Positions 15,328 to 23,414 of a stretch of DNA of 29,331 bases are shown here, piece by piece (position 1 is the first letter of the stretch; every line of letters starts with the position of its first letter). The DNA lies in assembly GCA_038042445.1 (NCBI GenBank), contig JBBTED010000159.1, positions 1 through 29,331 of the forward strand, given 5' to 3'. The position numbers and the translations under genes were made by a program. Source of the stretch: Candidatus Firestoneibacteriota bacterium. GTDB taxonomy: Bacteria > Oederibacteriota > D2-FULL-39-29 > JBBTED01. The notes beneath the pieces were generated by a model, which was given only the letters and a program-made list of their open reading frames with translations, was not told the DNA's origin and made no database searches.

Positions 15328-15849
15328 TTATGGAATAATCCGTTCTTTTATGGAAAGATTTGTTTTAATGTCTTTGCCGAAAAGATCAATATAAAGGACT
15401 TTGGGGATACCTAAAAAACCGTCTTTGGATTTTATATAGACTTTTTCGAGAATACCATACTTGCCTCCAATAGAGATTATGGCTTTGTAAGAACCCTTGA
15501 TCTTTTTTACTATAATATCTCGTTTTTCCAAAGCAACTAGAACAATTTTAAATTTGTTCTTCTCTATTTTCTTCTGTGAATCAATACCGTATGCATATTT
15601 CTTCTGTATTCCACTTAGTTCTTCGTGTTTGCCATTTTCCAAAATCCAATATACTATCACAGGCTTTGGTTCGCGAAGGTCATTATTCTCCATCAATTGG
15701 ACATCATACTGGACAACGTTTTTATTCTTACTCCGTTCCATAAAGAACAAATTATTGGTTTTGTTTCCTGAAGTAGCCATAACAGACCAAACAGGAGCCA
15801 ACACAATTACTACTAAAGTTGCAATAATAATTTTCGCAATTTTTCTCAT
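15328..15849 (-). CDS. DUF4833 family exported protein
   Basis: LFFMERSKNKNVVQYD...PVIVYWI...LSGIQKKYAYGI...PKVLYIDLFG. Confidence 0.8.
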   Translation of the reverse strand: MRKIAKIIIATLVVIVLAPVWSVMATSGNKTNNLFFMERSKNKNVVQYDVQLMENNDLREPKPVIVYWILENGKHEELSGIQKKYAYGIDSQKKIEKNKFKIVLVALEKRDIIVKKIKGSYKAIISIGGKYGILEKVYIKSKDGFLGIPKVLYIDLFGKDIKTNLSIKERIIP

Positions 15850-15890
15850 TTATTTTAGACCTCCCTTTTTTTGAATTATGCAAAAAGATG

Positions 15891-16040
15891 CTATAATATT
15901 TTTCGCCCACGAATAACTCTTATCAAGACCACAATAACTGCAATTACAAATAAAATATGAATGAACCCATTAATTGTGTTCCCGGTAATAAAGCCAACCA
16001 ACCAGAGCGCAACAAGTATCACAGCAATCATATTTAACAT
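15891..16040 (-). CDS. Small lmo0937-family (DUF5670) membrane protein, 49 aa; not in the ORF track
   Basis: Manual translation: MLNMIAVILVALWLVGFITGNTINGFIHILFVIAVIVVLIRVIRGRKIL. AAGGAG RBS. Confidence 0.9.
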   Translation of the reverse strand: MLNMIAVILVALWLVGFITGNTINGFIHILFVIAVIVVLIRVIRGRKIL

Positions 16041-16059
16041 TTGAAACTCCTTACTCTAC

Positions 16060-16090
16060 AGACCCTATCCTTATTATAAGGATAGGGTCT
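16060..16090. terminator. Perfect 15-bp inverted repeat (terminator or processing hairpin)
   Basis: agaccctatccttat-t-ataaggatagggtct, 8 nt past the true end (16099) of the upstream gene. Confidence 0.7.
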
Positions 16091-16098
16091 TGATGAGA

Positions 16099-16775
16099 TT
16101 ACATATCCAAACCTATTCCTACATTCAAACTTATCTTTGTGTATAAAATAGCTAATTCAGTTGAAAGTGAATTAAGCGATACTTTGTAGGTTCCAGAATA
16201 CGAGGTAAACATTATATCTGCAAATATTGTATTAAGTAATTTAGCTCCAGCTCCGATACCCCATATTGTCCTCCTGTTAAAACCGTTTCAAAAGGCGCAG
16301 ACGCCTTATATTGGTCGTTTCCTGTGAAAGAAACATTATATCCTAAATCAGCTTTTGCATAAGGTGCAATACCTGCAATATTACCAAAAGGGAAAAGTGA
16401 TACAGTAGCATATATGGGTAAGAAACTAAATTCAGCATTTGTATTATGAAGCTTCCTATCTGTATTATATGTAGCTCCCAGTCCTATACCCAACATATCC
16501 GCAATCGGATACTGTAATTCCAATAAAAAGGAAGTTCCAAGATCAACATCTAACGATTTCACACCAACAACAGGAAATCTAGGCACAGAAAGTGTTGAAG
16601 GATAATCCTGCAAACCATTTGTATCCATCCCATATTTTATTATGAGCTTAACAGAATTTTTAGAAACAGTTGCAGGCTTCTCTTGAGAAGCAGCTACTGG
16701 CTGTTCTTGCGAAAAAACTATACTTGAAAAACTTACCATTGATACTAACGCAATAACTAAAATCTTTTTTCTCAT
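16099..16775 (-). pseudogene. Outer-membrane beta-barrel protein with a 1-bp frameshift near 16262
   Basis: Signal peptide plus FLPIYAT...PYAKADLGY. Restoring one base gives GGQYWGIGAG...YTKISLNVGIGLDM, stopping at 16099. Confidence 0.8.
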
Positions 16776-16784
16776 AGATTTCTC

Positions 16785-17228
16785 CTATTTTACTTCACTT
16801 TTTAGATCGTTTTCTTTGTTCGGACAGCTAAAGCTGTTCCTATTTTCTTTCATTTTTTTCATATAATATGTCTTATTGATCAAATCAATTAACTCTTGAT
16901 CATTAACTGGTTTTTGAAGAAATCCCACAGCCTCAAATTTTATAGCCTGCTCCCTCAGACCTCCATTTTTATCCGCTGAAATAATAATAACCGGACGTTT
17001 AAATCCAGATTTAGTAATCCGCTTTAATGCATCCCATCCACTCAAACCCTTCATATGAATATCCATAATCAAAGAGCCCTGAGCACTATCAGGCACAGCA
17101 CTGAAAAATTCCTCTGCAGAAAGAAAAGTGTTTACTTCAAACCCAAAAGTCATTAACAAACACTTAAGTGCACGACACACTGACTCATCATCATCCACAA
17201 TATAAATTTGTTTCTTGTCTGCTGACAT
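16785..17228 (-). CDS. Stand-alone receiver-domain response regulator (FixJ-like REC)
   Basis: IYIVDDDESV, LIMDIHMKGLSG, IIISA and FLQKP. The track's start at 17327 would lie upstream of the predicted promoter. Confidence 0.9.
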   Translation of the reverse strand: MSADKKQIYIVDDDESVCRALKCLLMTFGFEVNTFLSAEEFFSAVPDSAQGSLIMDIHMKGLSGWDALKRITKSGFKRPVIIISADKNGGLREQAIKFEAVGFLQKPVNDQELIDLINKTYYMKKMKENRNSFSCPNKENDLKSEVK

Positions 17229-17273
17229 TTCACCACACCCCTTAGAATATAATTTCTCCAGCTCCATATTCAT

Positions 17274-17325
17274 ATGTAAATTATAAAAAAATTTCAAAAA
17301 ACTATCAATTGTACCTTGGTATAAC
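17274..17325 (-). promoter_or_regulatory. Regulated promoter, copy 1
   Basis: Imperfect palindrome ttgtaccttggtataa (17309-17324) abuts TTGATA-N17-TATAAT. Confidence 0.75.
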
Positions 17326-17347
17326 AAACCTTCCCGGAATTTCGAAA

Positions 17348-17941
17348 TTATTTTATAGCTTCAATTTTAAAATCTTCATAAAATGTTGTGCAGGATTTTG
17401 GTTTTTTACCATAAATCCTCAATCCTACTTTTCCAGATTTATATATATTATCCTTGCTAGTTAACACAAGTTTACTATTAAGATAAACTTTCATATTTTC
17501 GCCTTTAAATATTGTTTTTACGTTCACCCATTGATTTATTTTGTATTTAGTAGCTATGCCAGCAAAATAAGTTTCTTTCCCATTCACTCTTTTTGCTAAA
17601 GCTATACCTGTACGTCCTTCATTTGCTCCTTCTGGTAAAAATATCAAAAGATAACAATTTTTTGTATCAAGTGCTCTAAGTATTAAACTTCCTTCTCTGT
17701 TTACAGGTTTTACCCTAACAGAACAACTGAAGTTTTTGAACTCTCCACCTTTATATAGTAATATTCCATCTTCTTCATCTGCGAAACCTTTCACATGCAA
17801 AGCAGAAAAACTCCATTTACCACTTAAAACCTGCCAATCTTTTTTTGAGATTTCGGCTTCAACACTATTAAATAAAAACAAACACAGCAAAACAAACCCT
17901 ATTAAAACTGACAGAAATTTATTACCAATACTTTTACCCAT
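17348..17941 (-). CDS. Exported DUF1080-like beta-sandwich protein
   Basis: Signal peptide, WQVLSGKW, FKNF, QWVNVKTIFKGENMKVYLN and SGKVGLR...EDFKI. GGAGG RBS before ATG 17941. Confidence 0.7.
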   Translation of the reverse strand: MGKSIGNKFLSVLIGFVLLCLFLFNSVEAEISKKDWQVLSGKWSFSALHVKGFADEEDGILLYKGGEFKNFSCSVRVKPVNREGSLILRALDTKNCYLLIFLPEGANEGRTGIALAKRVNGKETYFAGIATKYKINQWVNVKTIFKGENMKVYLNSKLVLTSKDNIYKSGKVGLRIYGKKPKSCTTFYEDFKIEAIK

Positions 17942-17983
17942 AAAAACCTCCTTCTTTTGTTTTAAATGTTTCAATTATTCACA

Positions 17984-18035
17984 ATGTAAATTATAATGAA
18001 AATTCAAAAATCGATCAATTGTACATAGGTATAAC
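17984..18035 (-). promoter_or_regulatory. Regulated promoter, copy 2
   Basis: ttgtacataggtataa (18019-18034) abuts TTGATC-N17-TATAAT; a near-duplicate of 17274-17325. Confidence 0.75.
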
Positions 18036-18083
18036 GTACCTTACGCCAAGACTTGTATCATAATTGCAATAATGATGTGATTT

Positions 18084-18110
18084 GTCATTCCTGTGGAAAC
18101 AGGAATCCAG
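18084..18110. repeat. REP-like palindrome family B
   Basis: gtcattcctgtggaaacaggaatccag. Confidence 0.75.
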
Positions 18111-18124
18111 AAAATAAAGGTTGG

Positions 18125-18751
18125 TTATTCTTTTGAGGAAGTAATACCTGCTTTTTGAGCGAACCGGATAAGTTCTGTTACGGTTTTAGCATGCATCTTC
18201 TGCATAACCCGACTTCTATGAACCTTGATCGTTTGAAGCGAAGTTTTTCTCTTAAAGGCAATTTGTTTACTCAACATCCCTTTGGCAACAAAACGAAAAA
18301 CTTGCATCTCTCTTGGAGACAAAGTTTTGATACATCGTTTTATTTTTGATATTTCTGCTAGTTTTTTAATTTGGATTGTACTTTTTAAAATGGCTTCTGT
18401 AATAGCACTAAGCAGTTTCTTCTCACTAAACGGTTTAGGCAAAAAATCAACAGCTCCTGCTTTCATACCTTTCACACTCATAGGAATATCTCCATGTCCA
18501 GTGATAAAAATAATAGGAACCGCAAGCTGTCGAGATAACATTGTATCCTGAAGAGCAAGCCCATTGATATCCGGCAGTTGAATATCAAGAACCAAACATG
18601 ACGGCACATTAGGATGCTTAAAAGCTAAAAAATCTGCTGCCCGGATAAATGTTTCAACTTTAAACCCGTGTGATTTTAACAATAAAGATAAAGCCCTGCA
18701 CACAGAAACATTGTCGTCAACAACATAGATTATAGGTTTACGGTTATTCAT
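18125..18751 (-). CDS. FixJ/NodW-family response regulator (REC plus LuxR HTH)
   Basis: CLVLDIQLP, IIFITGHGDIPMSVKGMKAGAVDFLPKPF, LSPRE and TIKVHRSRVMQKM. Confidence 0.93.
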   Translation of the reverse strand: MNNRKPIIYVVDDNVSVCRALSLLLKSHGFKVETFIRAADFLAFKHPNVPSCLVLDIQLPDINGLALQDTMLSRQLAVPIIFITGHGDIPMSVKGMKAGAVDFLPKPFSEKKLLSAITEAILKSTIQIKKLAEISKIKRCIKTLSPREMQVFRFVAKGMLSKQIAFKRKTSLQTIKVHRSRVMQKMHAKTVTELIRFAQKAGITSSKE

Positions 18752-20046
18752 TAAGCATTTTTTATATTAACAGGAATAGTAAAATAAAAGGTTACACCAC
18801 GATCAGGATTATTTTTTACATCCAATTTTCCACCATGCGCCTCAACAATAGAGCGACTAATAGATAACCCCATACCCAACCCATCTGGCTTACTTGTAAA
18901 AAATCGGGTAAAAAGCTTAGGTATATTGTAAGCAAGAATTCCGCATCCGGAATCTTTCACCTCAACGATAATTGTATCAGTATCTTTACGCAATGTACGA
19001 ACCAATATTTCATGGACACCTTGACTATTCTCCATAGCATCAAAACTATTGCTAATAAGATTCAAAAGAACCTGTTGCAGTTGTATCCGGTCACCGCAAA
19101 CAAGTGGAAGATTACTCTCAATATCGATTTTTAGAACAACGTTCCTTACAATAGCATCTGTAGCAATAATCGCAACAGTTTCACTAACAAGAACATTTAT
19201 ATCTAGAGGTTTCATTTCAGGTGTACTCTTCTTTAACAATGAACGTAATCTCTGTATAACCTCATTCGCCCGATGGTCATCATCAATGATATACGAAAGA
19301 ATTTTCGATAGTTCAGGCTCTCTGTCTGCAAGCATACGTTTAGCAGCCTGAGCGTAGGAAAGAATAGCAGTAAGAGGCTGGCTAATCTCATGAGCCAAAG
19401 ACGAAACAAATTCCGCAAGTTTTCCTACTCTAGTAACATGCAAAATAGACTCGCGCTGTTCATTAATCTCTAAATCCCTTTCTCTCATCAAAGTAATATC
19501 TGTCTGAGTCCCTACATAATGGGTAATGACATCATTAATATCACGCACTGGCGAAATATGCAGTAAATTCCAACACTTTTTCCCGTTTTCTTTAAAACTA
19601 AACATTTCTCCATGAAAAAACTTGCCTAGATGTATTGCTTGTTTTATTTTCTCAATAACACGCAAATCAGCATCAACTCCATACAGTAAAAAATAATTTT
19701 TACCCAAAATTTCCTTCTTCTTATACCCAGTCATCTTTTGAAATGATGAGTTTATATAAATAATAGGGAAATTTGGCTTTTGGATATCGATAATAAAAAT
19801 ACCATCAGCAGTAGATTCCATTGCCTCAATGCAAATGTGAATCTGCTCTTCGGATTTTATCTGCTTCTTTATTCCATTTTTTAATTGCCCATTTTTAAAC
19901 TTGATTTTCGCATCTTGTTGCAAAATTCTGTCCTTCATACAATCATAAGCCTGCTTTTTTGACCTTATTTGCTTCAAGTTTATTCCAGTCTTTTTCAGAA
20001 TCTTGATTTTTTTCTTATGCTTAGGATTTTTTTTCGTCATTTTCAT
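18751..20046 (-). CDS. Cytoplasmic PAS (LOV-like) sensor histidine kinase, FixL/NodV-like
   Basis: PAS domain, H-box LAHEISQPL, N-box QQVLLNLISNS, DSGCG, FFTSKPDGLGMGLSI and HGG. No TM segments. Alternative start at 20040. Confidence 0.93.
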   Translation of the reverse strand: MKMTKKNPKHKKKIKILKKTGINLKQIRSKKQAYDCMKDRILQQDAKIKFKNGQLKNGIKKQIKSEEQIHICIEAMESTADGIFIIDIQKPNFPIIYINSSFQKMTGYKKKEILGKNYFLLYGVDADLRVIEKIKQAIHLGKFFHGEMFSFKENGKKCWNLLHISPVRDINDVITHYVGTQTDITLMRERDLEINEQRESILHVTRVGKLAEFVSSLAHEISQPLTAILSYAQAAKRMLADREPELSKILSYIIDDDHRANEVIQRLRSLLKKSTPEMKPLDINVLVSETVAIIATDAIVRNVVLKIDIESNLPLVCGDRIQLQQVLLNLISNSFDAMENSQGVHEILVRTLRKDTDTIIVEVKDSGCGILAYNIPKLFTRFFTSKPDGLGMGLSISRSIVEAHGGKLDVKNNPDRGVTFYFTIPVNIKNA

Positions 20047-20101
20047 AAATTTTAACTATTTTACAATACACTTGTCAATAAATGAAGTTACGAATTATGA
20101 T

Positions 20102-20170
20102 GTCATTTTGAGCAAAGCGAAAAATCTCGTTTTTAAAAGAGAGATCCTTCGTCTGATGACTCAGGATGAC
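20102..20170. repeat. Paired GTCA...GATGAC REP-like palindrome (family B variant)
   Basis: gtcattttgagcaaagcgaaaaatctc...gagatccttcgtctgatgactcaggatgac. Confidence 0.7.
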
Positions 20171-20198
20171 AAAATTCCGTCAATGACTAACCCATTAC

Positions 20199-20732
20199 CT
20201 AGAAATACTCTATGCTGGTCTTTTTTAATTCACGAAGAGTATATAACAACTTGTAATCATGGATTTTGAGTTTTTTTACAATTTCATCTACATTTTTTTT
20301 ACATTCTTTTTTTGTTTTTCCATGAACCATTGCATATAAATTATATTGCCAGTTTTTATTTGTAAGTCTTTCATAGCAATGAGTGATTTGAGGGAATTTT
20401 GCTATTTCCATACCTATTTTAGATACATTTGCATCTGGTATTTTACATACAAACATTACATTAAACAAAAAACCGGCTTTATTATGCCTAATTGTAGCTC
20501 CAATTCTTCTTATTAAATTTGTTTTTTTCCATAATAATATTTTTTTAATTAAATAATCTTCTGGAACTTTAAATTTTTGCGCCAGAATTTTATATGGATT
20601 TATTGACTCAGGTAAATCAGAAGAAAGCGCATTGATTATCTTTTTATCTAATTTTGTCAGTTTCATATTTTTAAAAATCCCCCTTACTCCCCCTTTTTCA
20701 AAGGGGGAAAGAAAAAGGAATGATTGTTTCAT
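20199..20732 (-). CDS. ahbB: Siroheme decarboxylase beta subunit (Lrp/AsnC fold); conserved part starts at ATG 20666
   Basis: IRRIGATIRHNKAGF, ITHCYER and WQYNLYAMVHG, in the ahb operon. Confidence 0.88.
   Translation of the reverse strand: MKQSFLFLSPFEKGGVRGIFKNMKLTKLDKKIINALSSDLPESINPYKILAQKFKVPEDYLIKKILLWKKTNLIRRIGATIRHNKAGFLFNVMFVCKIPDANVSKIGMEIAKFPQITHCYERLTNKNWQYNLYAMVHGKTKKECKKNVDEIVKKLKIHDYKLLYTLRELKKTSIEYF
20676..20708. repeat. REP-like palindrome family A between or within ahbA and ahbB
   Basis: aatcccccttactccccctttttcaaaggggga. Confidence 0.8.
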
Positions 20733-21175
20733 ACTTTAAATATTGCGGATAATTTAAATGTTTTTTTTGCTGGCAAAAACAATGTCTCTTTAATTTTTCC
20801 TTTAGTTTGTATGGAATTTATTATTTTTTTAATATCATTTGTTGAAGAAGCAATACAGGTAAACCATATATTATATTCATCTTTTCTTAAATAATTATGT
20901 GTGATTTCTGGATAAGAATTTACTATTTTTGCCACTTTATGGACATTTTTATCTTCCACTTTCAACGCAATAAGCGCACTTGCATAATTTAATTTCTTTT
21001 TATCAAAAAAAGCGCCTATTCTACGTATCATTCCCTGCTTTTTTAGTTTAATTACAGTATTAAAAACTTTTTGTTCTGTTAAACCTAATTTTTGTCCTAT
21101 TGTTTTATAAGGAAATTTACTTACAGGAAATTCTTTTTGAATTTCATTTAAAATTTTCTTATCTGTTTGGTTCAT
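20729..21175 (-). CDS. ahbA: Siroheme decarboxylase alpha subunit
   Basis: IQKEFPV..PY, IRRIGAFFD, ITHNYLR and YNIWFT. Confidence 0.88.
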   Translation of the reverse strand: MNQTDKKILNEIQKEFPVSKFPYKTIGQKLGLTEQKVFNTVIKLKKQGMIRRIGAFFDKKKLNYASALIALKVEDKNVHKVAKIVNSYPEITHNYLRKDEYNIWFTCIASSTNDIKKIINSIQTKGKIKETLFLPAKKTFKLSAIFKV

Positions 21176-22200
21176 AATTCTTTAACTATGGTCTGTATTC
21201 TTTCACCAGATCCATATATGCAATATGGTTCCTCTTTTAAATAATTTCCAGTTTCAGCATATGCTCTGGCACGACAACCACCACACACTGTTTTAAATTC
21301 GCAAATTCCGCATTTGCCTGTTAATTTTTCATCATCGCGAAGCTCCAAAAAAAGTTTGGAGTTGTTCCAGATATCCTGTAATGATTCATTTCTAAGATTT
21401 CCAGCTGCAAGTTGAAAATACCCACAAGGATAAACCTCTCCTTTGTAAGAAGTAAAACATACAGCACTTCCTGCCAAGCATCCTTTACTTAATCTTGATT
21501 GAACATTATTTGATTGATGCAGAATTCTCGTATGATGCGGTGCGCAAGTGATTTTTAATTCAATTTTTGACTTGCCAAAAAATTTACAGAGCAATTCCAG
21601 TGCGTTTTCATGTTCAACAGGAGAAAGTGCATCCCCACTCATTTCTTTTCCTCTTCCTGTTGGTACTAAAAAAAATGGATGCAAAGCTACTGCACCTGAA
21701 TTTTGGGCAAATGCTATCATTTCCTCAAGAAAACAAACGTTTTTTTTGGTAACAGTAAAATTAAATTGAAATGGCAGTCCTGCTTTTTTTAGATTTTCTA
21801 TTCCTGAAAAAGTTAGCTTAAATGCTCCATTCTTGCCGATAAAAGTATCATGAACATTTTCATTAGGCCCATATACACTTATAGCGACCCTGCTAATTCC
21901 ACTGGTCTTCAATTTAATTGCTATTTCTTCTGTGATTAATGTAGCATTACTTGCTAATGCTATATTTAGACCTAATTTTTTACCGTAATTTATAATATCA
22001 AATATATCAGATCTGATTAGTGGCTCACCACCACTTAAAATTATAAGTGGTTTAGAAAAAGCAACTACAGAATCTAAAACCTTGAAACATTCATTAGTGG
22101 TTAATTCATCAGGCGTTCTGTGGTCAATTGCTGAAGCACGACAATGTGGACAAGCTAAATTACATGCTCTTGTTAATTCCCAAAATATTAATCGTAACAT
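21172..22200 (-). CDS. ahbD: Radical SAM/SPASM AdoMet-dependent heme synthase
   Basis: LRLIFWELTRACNLACPHCRA, LVPTGRG, TCAPH, KGCLAG and CGGCRARA. Confidence 0.88.
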   Translation of the reverse strand: MLRLIFWELTRACNLACPHCRASAIDHRTPDELTTNECFKVLDSVVAFSKPLIILSGGEPLIRSDIFDIINYGKKLGLNIALASNATLITEEIAIKLKTSGISRVAISVYGPNENVHDTFIGKNGAFKLTFSGIENLKKAGLPFQFNFTVTKKNVCFLEEMIAFAQNSGAVALHPFFLVPTGRGKEMSGDALSPVEHENALELLCKFFGKSKIELKITCAPHHTRILHQSNNVQSRLSKGCLAGSAVCFTSYKGEVYPCGYFQLAAGNLRNESLQDIWNNSKLFLELRDDEKLTGKCGICEFKTVCGGCRARAYAETGNYLKEEPYCIYGSGERIQTIVKEL

Positions 22201-22228
22201 TTTTTAATTGTTTGTCATTTTAAAGACA

Positions 22229-22255
22229 CTGGATTCCCACTTTCGTGGGAATGAC
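22229..22255. repeat. REP-like palindrome family B (dRS3-like ATTCCC-N8-GGGAAT)
   Basis: ctggattcccactttcgtgggaatgac. Confidence 0.78.
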
Positions 22256-22266
22256 GTATAAAACAA

Positions 22267-23259
22267 CTAACGTATTATGCTTAGTGATTTTGCAACTTCT
22301 TTAGCGTGATATGTAATAATGATATTTGCTCCAGCTCTTTTTATAGAAGTTAAAATTTCGATGATTGTTCTGTTTTCATCCAGCCAACCCATTTTAGATG
22401 CAGCTTTTACCATTGCAAATTCACCGCTCACATTATAAGCTGCAATTGGAATATTAAATTTATCTTTTGCTCTGCGAATTATATCAAGATAAGAAAGTGC
22501 AGGTTTAACCATAATTATATCTGCGCCTTCTTCAATATCAAACTGGATTTCTCTCATAGCTTCATCTGAATTTGCGATATTCATCTGGTATGTTTTTCTG
22601 TCTCCAAATTTCGGTTGTGATTCAGCAGCATCTCTGAATGGCCCATAAAAAGCAGATGCAAATTTGGCAGAATATGACATTATAGGAATATGTGAAAAAC
22701 TTAAACTATCCAATCCCATTCGTATTGATTTAACCATTCCATCCATCATTCCACTCGGAGCTATAATATCTGCGCCTGCTTTTGCCTGTGATACAGCAGT
22801 TTTTGCAATTAATTCTAAACTTGCATCATTATCTATCACAAAACTTTTCCCATGCTTTTTTACAACACCACAATGCCCGTGACTCGTATATTCACATAAG
22901 CAATCATCAGCAATTACAACCAATTTATCAAATTTATTTTTGATTTCAGAGATTGCACGTTGCACAATTCCATCTTTTGCATAAGCTCCTTTTCCTAAAG
23001 CATCTTTTTTATCAGGAATGCCAAACAATATAACAGCAAGTATGTCTAATTCAACAATTTCTTTAACTTCTTTTAATAAATTGTCTATTGAAAACTGAAA
23101 ATTTCCCGGCATAGACAAAATTGGATGTTTTATATTTTTGCCTTCCTTTACGAAAAGTGGCATAACTAGATTTTTCACTGAAATTTGTGTTTGGGTAAAC
23201 ATACTCCTTAGATTTTCAGTATTACGCAATCTTCTTAATCTGGTAATTGGAAAACCCAT
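22267..23259 (-). CDS. hemB: Porphobilinogen synthase (Zn-type)
   Basis: RLRRLR, DCLCEYTSHGHCG, YSAKFASAFYGPFRDA, MVKP and YNVSGE. Confidence 0.97.
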   Translation of the reverse strand: MGFPITRLRRLRNTENLRSMFTQTQISVKNLVMPLFVKEGKNIKHPILSMPGNFQFSIDNLLKEVKEIVELDILAVILFGIPDKKDALGKGAYAKDGIVQRAISEIKNKFDKLVVIADDCLCEYTSHGHCGVVKKHGKSFVIDNDASLELIAKTAVSQAKAGADIIAPSGMMDGMVKSIRMGLDSLSFSHIPIMSYSAKFASAFYGPFRDAAESQPKFGDRKTYQMNIANSDEAMREIQFDIEEGADIIMVKPALSYLDIIRRAKDKFNIPIAAYNVSGEFAMVKAASKMGWLDENRTIIEILTSIKRAGANIIITYHAKEVAKSLSIIR

Positions 23260-23284
23260 ATAATTTTATCTCCTTGGTAAAAAC

Positions 23285-23411
23285 GCCGATAAATCGGCAA
23301 CTACAATAAATTTTATAGCACAATGCACAACCCACTAAAGTGAGTACCCCGAAGCCTTGCCCTCCTTATTAAAATATCCGAGTTTTTTAGCTCAATAAAT
23401 TGAGCAACTAC
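23285..23411 (-). repeat. Two GTAG-type REPs (family C)
   Basis: Minus strand GTAGttgctcaatttattgagc (23390-23411) and GTAGttgccgatttatcggc (23285-23304). Confidence 0.8.
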
Positions 23412-23414
23412 GCA

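Noticed and set aside
20003..20269. 88-aa plus-strand ORF
   Set aside because: Spans a REP pair and is antisense to two real genes.
20199..21175. Lrp/AsnC transcription regulators
   Set aside because: The THNY and THCYER motifs and the position with ahbC/ahbD/hemB identify them as siroheme decarboxylase subunits.
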